This document shows positions 31,334 through 41,085 of a DNA stretch of 64,000 bases, in pieces; the first letter of the stretch is position 1, and the number at the start of each line of letters is the position of its first letter. Below the pieces are notes generated by a model. It was not told the DNA's origin, made no database searches, and saw only the letters and a list, made by a program, of their open reading frames with translations. The stretch is from Lachnospiraceae bacterium (GTDB lineage: Bacteria; Bacillota; Clostridia; Lachnospirales; Lachnospiraceae), in contig JAJQHY010000087.1 in NCBI GenBank assembly GCA_021199495.1, forward strand, positions 13,628 to 77,627. The letters are read 5' to 3'. A program made the translations under genes and the position numbers.

Positions 31334-33691
31334 ATGACTGAGAAAAGCATACACAGCCAAAATACTATTTTAATACAGAAAGCGTCTTACATTTATGCAC
31401 AAATACAGGGAGCGTTGTCAGAGAAACTGATGAAAAGTCCGCACCGCAGGGTCGTTGTCGGTATCAGCGGCGGTTCGGGCTCGGGTAAGACGAGCATCGC
31501 GGCGCTGTTAAAGGAAATGCTGGAAGCGGATGGGATGGGCTGTTATGTGCTGGCGGGGGATGACTATCCGCACAGACTTCCGAAGTACAATGACGCGGAG
31601 CGGCTGCGTATTTACAGGGCATACGGCCTGTGCGGTATGGTGGACGGCGGCGTTTATACACCGGAGCGTTTTGCCGCCTTGCAGCAGTGGCAGCTAAAGG
31701 GCGAGGACGCGGACTTTGCGCACGCAGGGAAGAACCTCTGGTTCTGGAATTATCTGGACGCGGGCCGAAAGGGACTGGCAGCGTATCTGGGCTCTCCCAG
31801 GGAACTGGATTTTCAGAAGGTGGAGTCTGTCCTTGCCAGCTTTCATGCCGGAGAGAATACGATCTGGCTTAAGAAAATGGGGCGCGAGGAAACGGAGGTC
31901 TGGTATGAGAAAACGGATTTTCGCGGCGTTTCCGTTCTGCTGCTGGAGTGGACACATGCGAACAGTCCCTGCTTTCAGGGTGTGGACTTATCCATTTACC
32001 TCGACAGCACGCCTCAGGAAACACTGGCGCGCCGCATGGAGAGAAACCGCGACAGCGGAATTGACAGTCCCTTCACGGCCATGGTGCTGGAGATTGAGCA
32101 GGGGCAGCTGAAGGAGCAGGCAAAAACAGTGGATTTCGTATTTTCCGATCTGGTGGACAACGGCCCCATGCTGAACGCCTACCCGGACAGTATGGGCGGG
32201 AAGCTGGCTGATATCGCAAAGCTTTTAAAATCTCAGGAGTGGCTGACTGCCTTTCAGTCCTTTTATATTCTGCCGAGTCTCTATCACTCGGACCTGGACC
32301 GCGGTTTTTCGGTGATCGATTATGGCCTGAATGAGGAGTACGCCGGACGACAGGACTTAGAGGAGATCAAGCGCCTGGGGATTGACCTGAAGCTGGATTT
32401 TATCTTAAATCATGCCTCGGTGAATTCGCCGCAGTTTCAGGATTTATTACAGAACGGAGAGGATTCTCAGTACCGGGATTTTTTCATTGACTGGAACCGC
32501 TTCTGGGACGGCTGCGGAGATCTGGCGCCGGAAGGGTATATTTATCCGCGTCAAGAGCTGCTGAAAGACATGTTTTTCAGAAAGCCGGGCCTGCCACTTT
32601 TAATGGTACCATTTCCGGACGGCAGAAAGGTTCCCTACTGGAATACCTTTTATCAGGAAATCAGGCCGGATGGCAGTTTTTTGGGTCAGATGGATTTAAA
32701 TATCAACTCTCCGCTGGTGTGGGAGTTTTATGAGGATACGTTAAAGACGCTGGCCGGATACGGGGCGAAGATTGTAAGGCTGGATGCCTTTGCCTACGCG
32801 GATAAGCGCCCCGGAGCCAAAAACTTCCTGAATGAGCCGGGTACATGGGAGGTCCTCACGCGTGTGCAGAAGATCGCGGACAGGTACGGGCTTACTTTGC
32901 TTCCCGAGATTCACGCTGGCTATGAGGAGAAAATCTATCAGGTGCTGGCAGATAAGGGATATATGACCTACGACTTTTTCCTGCCGGGTCTGATTCTGGA
33001 CGCTTTTGAACAAAGAAGTGGCGAGGTATTGATTCGCTGGGCGAAGGAAGTGTATTCTGAAAAAATACGGACAGTCAGCATGTTGGGCTGCCATGACGGG
33101 ATCCCGCTGCTGGATTTAAAAGGACTTCTTCCTGAGGAACGGATACAGAGTCTGATTAACACCGTGGTGAGCCGCGGCGGCTATGTGAAAAATCTTCACG
33201 GCCAGAAAAACGTCTATTATCAGGTCAACGCCACCTATTACAGCGCCCTGGGCGAGGACGATGACAGGCTGCTGCTCGCCAGAGCCCTGCAGCTGTTCAT
33301 GCCAGGGAAACCACAGATCTGGTATCTGGACATCTTTGCCGGCAAAAATGACCACGAGGCAGTGGAGCGGGCCGGCGCCGGTGGTCACAAGGAGATCAAC
33401 CGCACCAACCTGACTGCGGAGCAGATCAGGGAGAAAATGCGGCTGCCCGTGGTGACAAAACAGCTGGAAATGCTGCGCTTCCGCAATACATTCCCGGCCT
33501 TCGGCTTTGACGCCGGGATGGAGGCGTCGATCGGCGGCAGCAGCCGGAACCTTCTAACGATCAGCTGGGAACTGCGGGGATGTAAGGCAGTCTTGACGGC
33601 GGATTTTTCGGACTGTTCCTTCCAGATTAAGGCTTTCGACGGGGAAGGCGAGAGAGTGGTGATGGAGAATCTGATGGGCAGGGCGCAGTGA
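31334..33691 (+). CDS. Fusion protein: N-terminal P-loop (uridine kinase/PRK-like) domain + C-terminal GH13_18 sucrose-phosphorylase-like domain
   Basis: Walker A GISGGSGSGKTS near residue 45. From about residue 285 the sequence follows the sucrose phosphorylase pattern (FILNHAS, VRLDAFAYA, LLPEIHAGYEE, GCHDGIP). Confidence 0.8.
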   Translation: MTEKSIHSQNTILIQKASYIYAQIQGALSEKLMKSPHRRVVVGISGGSGSGKTSIAALLKEMLEADGMGCYVLAGDDYPHRLPKYNDAERLRIYRAYGLCGMVDGGVYTPERFAALQQWQLKGEDADFAHAGKNLWFWNYLDAGRKGLAAYLGSPRELDFQKVESVLASFHAGENTIWLKKMGREETEVWYEKTDFRGVSVLLLEWTHANSPCFQGVDLSIYLDSTPQETLARRMERNRDSGIDSPFTAMVLEIEQGQLKEQAKTVDFVFSDLVDNGPMLNAYPDSMGGKLADIAKLLKSQEWLTAFQSFYILPSLYHSDLDRGFSVIDYGLNEEYAGRQDLEEIKRLGIDLKLDFILNHASVNSPQFQDLLQNGEDSQYRDFFIDWNRFWDGCGDLAPEGYIYPRQELLKDMFFRKPGLPLLMVPFPDGRKVPYWNTFYQEIRPDGSFLGQMDLNINSPLVWEFYEDTLKTLAGYGAKIVRLDAFAYADKRPGAKNFLNEPGTWEVLTRVQKIADRYGLTLLPEIHAGYEEKIYQVLADKGYMTYDFFLPGLILDAFEQRSGEVLIRWAKEVYSEKIRTVSMLGCHDGIPLLDLKGLLPEERIQSLINTVVSRGGYVKNLHGQKNVYYQVNATYYSALGEDDDRLLLARALQLFMPGKPQIWYLDIFAGKNDHEAVERAGAGGHKEINRTNLTAEQIREKMRLPVVTKQLEMLRFRNTFPAFGFDAGMEASIGGSSRNLLTISWELRGCKAVLTADFSDCSFQIKAFDGEGERVVMENLMGRAQ

Positions 33692-33714
33692 TAAAAGCAA
33701 TATTGTGAAGTGTA

Positions 33715-33747
33715 AAGAGGCTCCCGGATGATCCGGGAGCCTCTTTT
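33715..33747 (+). terminator. Rho-independent terminator of the raffinose operon
   Basis: 14-bp perfect stem AAGAGGCTCCCGGA / TCCGGGAGCCTCTT with a T-rich tail. Confidence 0.85.
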
Positions 33748-33906
33748 AGATATTAAAGTCTAAGTCAATTATGATTTACTAATTTATAATTGACTTCTCT
33801 AAGATCACGAAAAATGGTAGAGTCGGGAAGTCATAATTTTCAAAATCCATCGAATCAAATTCCAAAATCCGCGACTTACAAGTGAAAGCTTTCAAGGAGG
33901 TGCGCA

Positions 33907-35547
33907 TTGCAATATACGGAAATACAAAGGCATACGGAATACATATTCCGCGCGGCCCTGCAAAAATGTGGCCATCTGCAGGACGCGGAGGATCTGACGC
34001 AGGAGGTTCTGCTCGCGGCCCTGACCTGTTCTGGTGAGATCGCAAATGTCAGACAGTGGATGTCGGCAGTGTTAAACAATAAGTATTACGATATGCTGCG
34101 GAGAAAGTATCAGCTGCCGACGGTCAGTATTGCTCTTGTATCCGGGGCAGCGGAGCCTTATTACGAACCGCAGGATGAGGAGCGGCTGAATGCGGAGCAG
34201 GTGCGCAGAGAGGTGGCGTATCTTGCAGGAAAATACCGCGAGGTAATCGTGCGGCATTATCTGTACGGGGAAAAGGTGGACGAGATTGCCTTAAAGCTTG
34301 GTATCCCGAAGGGAACCGTATTATCCCGCCTGTCTGTCGGCAGAGAGCAGATGAAGAAAGGATTGGATTCGATGGAATATTATGAAAACTTAAGTTATGA
34401 GCCGGAGCGGCTTGAGGTAAGCTGTAATGGGAGAGAGGGGCTGAAGGGTGAGCCGGGATCACTTGTTGAGGGTGACCTGATGAAGCAGAATATTCTGATT
34501 GCCGCATATCAGAGACCGCGGACAGGCGTGGAGATCGCCAGAGCGCTCGGAATTCCCACCGCCTATATTGAGAGAGCGCTTGAGGATCTGACGGTTTCCC
34601 AGCTGATGAGAAGGATCGGAAACCGGTATGTGACGGATTTCATGATCACAGCGCCGGAAGAACTGGAACGGTGTCTGGATGCGCAAATAGAACTGACGCA
34701 GGCTTTATATCCGAAATTATTGTTTCTTGTCAGAGAATTTCTGGAGTCAATTCGAGGGGAAGCTTGTGTGATCAGGCTCACAGAGGAAAAGAGGAAGAAG
34801 CTGGAATATTATTTCATTCTTCATCTGTTCTCCAATGCGTTATATCAGGCTGTCAGCGAAATCATCCCATTTCAGGAAGTGCATCCAGTCCGGCCGGACG
34901 GCGGAAACTGGATCGCGTCCGGGTACAGATACCCGCTGCAGTTTGATTTTGAGCAGTATCGTGTCGCGAAATACAGTTACGCAGGGGATCGCAGAGTGAG
35001 CTGGGAGCATGTTCTGGGGGCAAGGCGCCTGGAGCTTCACATTTATGATACGCAGCCTGATTTAAACAAATACAGTCATGGTCCGGTTCCCATGAGCGAT
35101 GGTGATCTGGCAAAGCTGCTGTACGTGATACAGAAGGAGGTTCCTATCGAGGATACAGGGCTGGACGCCATGCTGCTGTTAAATATTCCACATCTGATTG
35201 CGTGCGGCGTCCTGTCAGGGGATCAGAAAAGGCCAGAGGTCGCGCTGCCGCTGTTAAGTTCGGAGGGATATGCTGCCCTTGAACGGATTTGTCTGGAACA
35301 TACGAAAAAGATGGCGCTGCTTTTTGAGGAGCGCCTGCCGGAATATCTGCCAAAGATGAAAATCGAAATTCCAGGGCATCTGGAGGGAAGAGTGGCCGGT
35401 TTCAGGCAGTATGTCTGGTATTCCATTCCCATGATATTTATGAAGAGAGCGGTGGAATGCGGGGATTTCGATGCAGAGAATGCGGTGCCGCCGATGGTGC
35501 TTGTGGTGGATGGCGCTATTGTGAAACCTTTCCAGGAACTGAGTTAA
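33907..35547 (+). CDS. ECF-type sigma-70 family factor with about 370-aa C-terminal extension
   Basis: TTG start after AAGGAGG. Region 2 (DAEDLTQEVLLAAL) and region 4 (YREVIVRHYLYGEKVDEIALKLGIPKGTVLSRL) fall within the first about 170 aa. The long soluble tail is of unknown function. Confidence 0.75.
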   Translation: MQYTEIQRHTEYIFRAALQKCGHLQDAEDLTQEVLLAALTCSGEIANVRQWMSAVLNNKYYDMLRRKYQLPTVSIALVSGAAEPYYEPQDEERLNAEQVRREVAYLAGKYREVIVRHYLYGEKVDEIALKLGIPKGTVLSRLSVGREQMKKGLDSMEYYENLSYEPERLEVSCNGREGLKGEPGSLVEGDLMKQNILIAAYQRPRTGVEIARALGIPTAYIERALEDLTVSQLMRRIGNRYVTDFMITAPEELERCLDAQIELTQALYPKLLFLVREFLESIRGEACVIRLTEEKRKKLEYYFILHLFSNALYQAVSEIIPFQEVHPVRPDGGNWIASGYRYPLQFDFEQYRVAKYSYAGDRRVSWEHVLGARRLELHIYDTQPDLNKYSHGPVPMSDGDLAKLLYVIQKEVPIEDTGLDAMLLLNIPHLIACGVLSGDQKRPEVALPLLSSEGYAALERICLEHTKKMALLFEERLPEYLPKMKIEIPGHLEGRVAGFRQYVWYSIPMIFMKRAVECGDFDAENAVPPMVLVVDGAIVKPFQELS

Positions 35548-35631
35548 AAATATTGCGGTTTATGAAAATGCAAGGTATAATAATCAGAAACGAATGGCAG
35601 AAGAGGTAGTCCTGACAGGAGGAGAATAAAA

Positions 35632-35898
35632 ATGGAATGTGCCATATTAAGTAGTGATAGGGAATATACTTATTTTTCATTTCGGGATCAGACAATACGC
35701 TTCAGAACTTCTCGCCATTTGGAGCGATACACAGAGATTTTGGAATGGGATGCGGGTTATATTGTTGTAATGGCAAAGTATGAAACTGTTCCGGAAATGG
35801 AAGATTATATTGACTTGATTCCGATATTGGAGGATCTGTATATTAATGTGGATGAGTTTTTAGCACCGATTCAGAAAGTGAGGGTTCAATATGAATGA
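35632..35898 (+). CDS. Hypothetical small protein (88 aa)
   Basis: Strong RBS AGGAGGAG. AT-rich segment. Overlaps the next ORF by 8 nt. Confidence 0.5.
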   Translation: MECAILSSDREYTYFSFRDQTIRFRTSRHLERYTEILEWDAGYIVVMAKYETVPEMEDYIDLIPILEDLYINVDEFLAPIQKVRVQYE

Positions 35899-36136
35899 TA
35901 TTCAAAAAGTAGCGGATGAAGCTGACATGATTATTTCAGGCTACGCATTTACCAGGACTGGTGATAAAATTCGCGTTCTGAATCTAAATAATACCAGCAG
36001 GGCGGCAGTATTGACTATAGATGGAGAGGTCCTGGAGGCAAGTATGCCAGACATAGAATTAACAATCGTAACCAGATACTATGTTGAAAATCGTGAATTT
36101 ATGGAGGTGCAGGGTGCCGAAATATTATCAGTATAA
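35891..36136 (+). CDS. Hypothetical small protein (81 aa)
   Basis: Translationally coupled to the upstream ORF. No recognisable motif. Confidence 0.5.
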   Translation: MNDIQKVADEADMIISGYAFTRTGDKIRVLNLNNTSRAAVLTIDGEVLEASMPDIELTIVTRYYVENREFMEVQGAEILSV

Positions 36137-36392
36137 AGTATGTGGATATTATCTGTATTTTACTACGGCTTGCATAATTGAGGCTATGCACGTTCATGCA
36201 AGCGATAAAAAACTGACGCAACAGGGATCTGCCAAATTTTTTGTTAAGGCTGATGGAGAAACAACTGTTGAAAACAGAGGTGTACTAACGGATCACGAGA
36301 TAAATGAGATAAGAAAATTTATAAAAATCCATTATTTGGAAATGTTCAGCAGATGGTCTGTTGTAAGTGACAATGGGTTCTATGGGGAATAA
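36114..36392 (+). CDS. DUF4160-like small protein
   Basis: GTG start after GGAGG. The N-terminal pattern YKVCGYYLYFTTACIIEAMHVHA resembles the DUF4160 hallmark (aromatic-rich strand followed by a histidine motif). Confidence 0.5.
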   Translation: MPKYYQYKVCGYYLYFTTACIIEAMHVHASDKKLTQQGSAKFFVKADGETTVENRGVLTDHEINEIRKFIKIHYLEMFSRWSVVSDNGFYGE

Positions 36393-36427
36393 GTACATAT
36401 ATGAAATGATAGGAGAAAGGCTGAATT

Positions 36428-36958
36428 ATGAATTATTGCAACATCAAAAAAACCGACATCGCCGACGGTCCCGGCGTGCGGGTTTCGCTCTTTGTGTCCG
36501 GCTGCACGCACCACTGTCCGGGCTGTTTTCAGCCAGAGACCTGGAATTTCGACTATGGACAGCCGTTCACAGCGGATACGGAGAGGGGGTTATCAGAGGC
36601 ACTTGCGCCGGATTATATTGCGGGATTGACGTTGTTGGGCGGCGAGCCCTTTGAACCGGATAATCAGCGGGCGCTTCTGCCTTTTCTTAAGGAAGTGCGG
36701 GCAACGTTACCGGGGAAGACAATCTGGGCTTACAGCGGATATGAGCTGGAGGAGCTGGCAGGCTGGGCTGCGGGAACCGGTAGGGCGCGGTGCGAGGCGA
36801 CGGATGAGATGCTTTCCCTGATCGACGTATTGGTGGACGGGGAGTTCAAACAGGAGCGGAAAAATATCTCCCTGCTGTTCCGCGGCTCGGAGAACCAGCG
36901 GCTGATCGATGTAAAAAAGACGCTGGAACAGAGCAGCGTTATACTGTGGAGTGCGTGA
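36428..36958 (+). CDS. nrdG: Anaerobic ribonucleoside-triphosphate reductase activating protein
   Basis: DGPGVRVSLFVSGCTHHCPGCFQPETW is the radical-SAM NrdG signature. 176 aa. Confidence 0.85.
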   Translation: MNYCNIKKTDIADGPGVRVSLFVSGCTHHCPGCFQPETWNFDYGQPFTADTERGLSEALAPDYIAGLTLLGGEPFEPDNQRALLPFLKEVRATLPGKTIWAYSGYELEELAGWAAGTGRARCEATDEMLSLIDVLVDGEFKQERKNISLLFRGSENQRLIDVKKTLEQSSVILWSA

Positions 36959-36998
36959 GGATAAGCGGTATCCGGGAAAATGAAGGTGAGGTTTTACT

Positions 36999-38177
36999 AT
37001 GAATCAGCAGAGTATTATACAGAACAAAGCTCTTTATGAGCGGGCTTCGGCGTTTGAGTTTTTGCCGCCTATCAAAGTTGGGGGCGGCTGGGGCTCAAAG
37101 GAAGAACCTGTGGAGTTTGCGCCGCTTGAGTATCTGGAAAACGGCGATATCATTGTACGGATAAAGGCGGCTGGCGCAAAAGAGGTGGTCATGACTTCCT
37201 CGGGCATCACGAACTGGCACTTTCAGATTCCCATGCAGGAAATATTTGAAGGCGTATTTGAGGCTGTAATTCCGGCGGACATGGGTATGTATGGCAATAT
37301 TACCCTGACCTTTCTGGCGGACGGGACGGAGTGCTTCAATCCCTCAATTCCTTCGCAGTATTACGGGTACCGTCTGCTGAACTGTATTGAGATTCCGGAT
37401 CCGGAGACGCCCTATATTGAGGTCAGGGATGTTCCGCATGGCGCGGTTACGCAGGAGCTTTTCTGGTCGGAGAGCGTGAAGCAGTGGCTTCGCTGCATGG
37501 TTTATACTCCGCCGATGTATCATGAGGGCGGTGAGTACCCGGTGCTTTATCTGCAGCATGGAGCCGGAGAGAACGAGACCTGCTGGACGCAGAACGGGAA
37601 GCTGCCGCATATCCTGGACAATTGTATCGCGGAGGGAAAAGCACGCCCCTTCATTGTGGTGATGAATCATGGAATGATGAGGCGCCCCGGTGAGAACGGC
37701 ATCAATGATTTTGCCGGGATTGAGGGAATTATTACAGAGGATTGCCGTCATTATATCGAGAGCCGGTACCGGGTCAAAAAGGATAAGTGGAACAGAGCTA
37801 TTGCGGGTCTGTCGCTCGGTTCCATGCAGGCCTGTTACATAGGGATGCGTCATCCGGACCTTTATGGCAGCATCGGCACCTTTACGTTCATGCGCTGCCG
37901 TGACAAGGCTCCGAAATTTGAGGACAATCCGCACCTGGATATTCTGAAGGATAAGGAGCGGTTTGGCAGTGAATATAAGCTGTTTTTCCGCAGCATCGGC
38001 GGCAGGGAACGTACCTGGCAGGAATTCGAGGAGGATGATGCTTTCCTGAGCAAATACGGGATCGATCAGCTGCCGGGATATCGTCGTTTTGTTTTTCCAA
38101 ATGAGAATCATAACTGGAACTGCTGGAGAAGAGCGCTCTATTTCTTCACGCAGGAAGTGTTTCAGGATGCGGACTGA
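36999..38177 (+). CDS. Esterase-family alpha/beta hydrolase (esterase D / carbohydrate-esterase-like) with N-terminal beta-sandwich domain
   Basis: VLYLQHGAGENE and the nucleophile elbow AIAGLSLGS. About 130-aa N-terminal extension. Confidence 0.7.
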   Translation: MNQQSIIQNKALYERASAFEFLPPIKVGGGWGSKEEPVEFAPLEYLENGDIIVRIKAAGAKEVVMTSSGITNWHFQIPMQEIFEGVFEAVIPADMGMYGNITLTFLADGTECFNPSIPSQYYGYRLLNCIEIPDPETPYIEVRDVPHGAVTQELFWSESVKQWLRCMVYTPPMYHEGGEYPVLYLQHGAGENETCWTQNGKLPHILDNCIAEGKARPFIVVMNHGMMRRPGENGINDFAGIEGIITEDCRHYIESRYRVKKDKWNRAIAGLSLGSMQACYIGMRHPDLYGSIGTFTFMRCRDKAPKFEDNPHLDILKDKERFGSEYKLFFRSIGGRERTWQEFEEDDAFLSKYGIDQLPGYRRFVFPNENHNWNCWRRALYFFTQEVFQDAD

Positions 38178-38263
38178 CCGCTTTAAAAGAGCTGCAGGGA
38201 GGCAAAAATCTGCAGGTCATTTCAGAACGTAACAACAGCAAAACGGAGACTGGAATTTAACAT

Positions 38264-40408
38264 ATGGACATTATAAAAACACTTGCACAGGAACTGGAAA
38301 TCCGCACATCGCAGGCCGAGGCCGCGGTCAGACTGATCGACGAGGGCAATACGATTCCCTTCATCGCCAGATACCGCAAGGAAGCCACCGGCTCCTTAAA
38401 CGATGAGGTGCTGCGCAAGCTGTCAGAACGGCTTACTTATCTGCGCAATCTGGAGGAGAAAAAACAGCAGGTACTTTCCACCATTGAGGAGCAGGGGAAG
38501 CTGACACCGGAGTTAAAAAAGCAGATTGAGGAAGCACAGACCCTGGTGGCGGTTGAGGACTTGTACCGGCCCTACCGGCCGAAGCGCCGCACCCGCGCGA
38601 CCATTGCAAAGGAGAAGGGACTGGAGCCGCTTGCCAACCTGATTTTGCTGCAGATGGTAAACCGGCCGCTGGAAACGGAGGCAAAGGCCTTTCTTTCGGA
38701 GGAAAAGGGTGTACTGACCGCGGAGGAAGCCATTGCCGGATCCTGTGATATTCTGGCGGAGATGATTTCGGATGAGGCGGAATTGCGCGCGCACATCCGG
38801 GATCTGACCATGCGGGAAGGGCTGATTGTCAGCGAGGCGAAGGATGAAAAAGTGCAGTCGGTCTATGAGATGTATTATCATTTCACGGAGCCGGTCTCAA
38901 AGATTGCCGGGCACCGGATTCTTGCCTTAAACCGTGGAGAAAAGGAAAAGCTTCTGACGGTCAGCATTGAGGCGCCTGAGGAACGAATCCTGCAGTATCT
39001 GGAAAGACGGGTGATTGTGCGGGAGAACCCATACACGACACCAGTGTTGAAGGCAACCGTGCAGGACGCGTATAACCGCCTGATTAAACCGGCAATTGAG
39101 CGTGAAATCCGCTCCTCTTTAACGGAAAAAGCGGAGGATGGCGCTATATCCGTCTTTGGCAAAAACTTAGAACAGCTTTTGATGCAGCCGCCGATTGCCG
39201 GCCAGGTGGTCTTGGGTTGGGATCCGGCCTTCCGCACCGGCTGTAAGCTGGCGGTGGTGGACGCGACGGGCAAGGTACTTGACACGGCTGTCGTTTATCC
39301 GACCGCGCCGACCAATGAATACAAAATCCGTGCGGCCAAGGATACGGTGAAAAAGCTGATTGCGAAATACGGCGTTACTCTGATTTCCGTGGGAAATGGC
39401 ACCGCGTCCAGGGAATCTGAGCAGATTATCGTGGAAATATTAAAGGAAATCCCGCAGAAGGTGGCATATGTGATCACCAATGAAGCGGGAGCCTCGGTGT
39501 ATTCCGCGAGCGCTCTGGCGACGGAGGAGTTTCCGCAGTTTGATGTGGGACAGCGCAGCGCGGCTTCCATCGCCCGCCGCGTGCAGGATCCGTTAGCGGA
39601 GTTAGTCAAAATCGATCCGAAGTCCATCGGCGTCGGACAGTATCAGCATGATATGAATCAGAAAAAGCTGGGGGAAGCCTTGGATGGTGTGGTGGAGGAC
39701 TGCGTCAACCGGGTCGGCGTCGATTTGAATACAGCTTCCGCGCCCCTGATGGAGCATATTTCCGGCATCACGAAGACGATTGCCGCCAATATCGTCGCCT
39801 ACCGGGAGGAGCATGGCCGCTTTCAAAGCCGCCGGGAGCTTTTGAAGGTGCCGAAGCTCGGACCGAAGGCATACGAGCAGTGCGCGGGTTTCATGCGCAT
39901 TACCGGAGGCACGGAACCACTCGATGCGACCGGGATTCATCCGGAGAGCTACGAGGCGGCGGAGAAGCTTTTGCAGACTCTGGGCATGACCAAAAAAGAC
40001 TTTGTCGTGCAGGGCGCAGGGTCGATTCTGATCAGGGATTATAAGCAGATGGCACAGAAGCTCGGAGTCGGAGAGCCTACGCTGCGCGACATCGTCAAAG
40101 AGCTGTGCAGCCCGGGCCGCGACCCGCGCGAGGATCTGCCGCTGCCGATCCTTCGCACCGACGTCCTGGAAATGAAGGACTTAAAAGAGGGCATGATCCT
40201 GAAAGGAACGGTCCGCAATGTCATTGATTTCGGTGTGTTCGTGGACATTGGGGTGCACCAGGACGGCCTGGTGCATATTTCGCAGCTCACCGACAAAAAG
40301 TTTGTAAAGCACCCGCTGGAGGTGGTGAGTGTAGGAGATGTCGTGGACGTGAAGGTGCTTAGCGTCGATCTCCAGAAAAAACGGATCAGCCTGACCATGC
40401 GGCTGTAA
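38264..40408 (+). CDS. tex: Tex-like transcription accessory protein with C-terminal S1 domain
   Basis: 714 aa. N-terminus AAVRLIDEGNTIPFIARYRKEATG and C-terminal S1 domain (GTVRNVIDFGVFVDIGVHQDGLVHISQL). Confidence 0.9.
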   Translation: MDIIKTLAQELEIRTSQAEAAVRLIDEGNTIPFIARYRKEATGSLNDEVLRKLSERLTYLRNLEEKKQQVLSTIEEQGKLTPELKKQIEEAQTLVAVEDLYRPYRPKRRTRATIAKEKGLEPLANLILLQMVNRPLETEAKAFLSEEKGVLTAEEAIAGSCDILAEMISDEAELRAHIRDLTMREGLIVSEAKDEKVQSVYEMYYHFTEPVSKIAGHRILALNRGEKEKLLTVSIEAPEERILQYLERRVIVRENPYTTPVLKATVQDAYNRLIKPAIEREIRSSLTEKAEDGAISVFGKNLEQLLMQPPIAGQVVLGWDPAFRTGCKLAVVDATGKVLDTAVVYPTAPTNEYKIRAAKDTVKKLIAKYGVTLISVGNGTASRESEQIIVEILKEIPQKVAYVITNEAGASVYSASALATEEFPQFDVGQRSAASIARRVQDPLAELVKIDPKSIGVGQYQHDMNQKKLGEALDGVVEDCVNRVGVDLNTASAPLMEHISGITKTIAANIVAYREEHGRFQSRRELLKVPKLGPKAYEQCAGFMRITGGTEPLDATGIHPESYEAAEKLLQTLGMTKKDFVVQGAGSILIRDYKQMAQKLGVGEPTLRDIVKELCSPGRDPREDLPLPILRTDVLEMKDLKEGMILKGTVRNVIDFGVFVDIGVHQDGLVHISQLTDKKFVKHPLEVVSVGDVVDVKVLSVDLQKKRISLTMRL

Positions 40409-40420
40409 AAGAATACATAC

Positions 40421-40466
40421 AAAAAGAACCGGTCAATCCGCGCAAGCGAATCAGCCGGTTCTTTTT
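40421..40466. terminator. Bidirectional rho-independent terminator between tex and ridA
   Basis: AGAACCGG...CCGGTTCT stem flanked by an A-run and a T-run, between convergent genes. Confidence 0.75.
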
Positions 40467-40475
40467 AGATAGGAC

Positions 40476-40847
40476 TTATACCTCTGCGATCAGCTCCACT
40501 TCGCAGAGCACATTCTTTGGAAGCGTCTTGACCGCGACGCAGGAGCGCGCCGGTTTCTCGGTAAAGTACCGGGCATAGACCTCATTAAAGGCTGCAAAGT
40601 CGCCCATGTCAGCCAGAAAACAGGTCGTCTTGACAGTCTTTTCATAGGAGCTGCCCGCGGCGTCAAGAAGCGCGCCCAGGTTTTTCATGACCTGCTCGGC
40701 CTGCTCTTCAATGGTGGTGCCGACGACGGCGCCGGTTTTGGGATCAAGCGGCACCTGGCCGGAAGTAAACAGCAGATCGCCGGTGATGTAGGCCTGGGAG
40801 TAGGGGCCGATGGCGGCCGGTGCATTTTCGGTGGAAATTTTTTTCAT
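40476..40847 (-). CDS. ridA: RidA/YjgF-family reactive intermediate deaminase
   Basis: 123 aa. APAAIGPYSQA and the C-terminal ARSCVAV...VEL motifs are classic for RidA. Confidence 0.85.
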   Translation of the reverse strand: MKKISTENAPAAIGPYSQAYITGDLLFTSGQVPLDPKTGAVVGTTIEEQAEQVMKNLGALLDAAGSSYEKTVKTTCFLADMGDFAAFNEVYARYFTEKPARSCVAVKTLPKNVLCEVELIAEV

Positions 40848-41085
40848 GTGAAGTTACCTCTTTTCTTAAAAATGACTTTTTAAATTCTTGCGCTTATTAT
40901 ACATTTTTTCAGCGGTCATGGCAATACAAAAGACGGAGAAACACCTGCCAGAAGGAAACCGCTGTGCGGAGAAATATTTGTGCGGTGTAAATATGCACAG
41001 TGCATTTCTCCCGACGGTCTGGCGACATGTCAGAATACTGACACAGATGTCATATGAAGCTGACAGAAAAGTTTTCAGAAAATGA

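Noticed and set aside
37344-38111. 255-aa minus-strand ORF
   Set aside because: Antisense to the esterase gene, which has clear catalytic motifs. No independent support.
40888-41085. 65-aa ORF in the ridA / DUF4097 intergenic region
   Set aside because: TTG-type start, no RBS, no motif. The region more likely holds promoters and the DnaA-box cluster.
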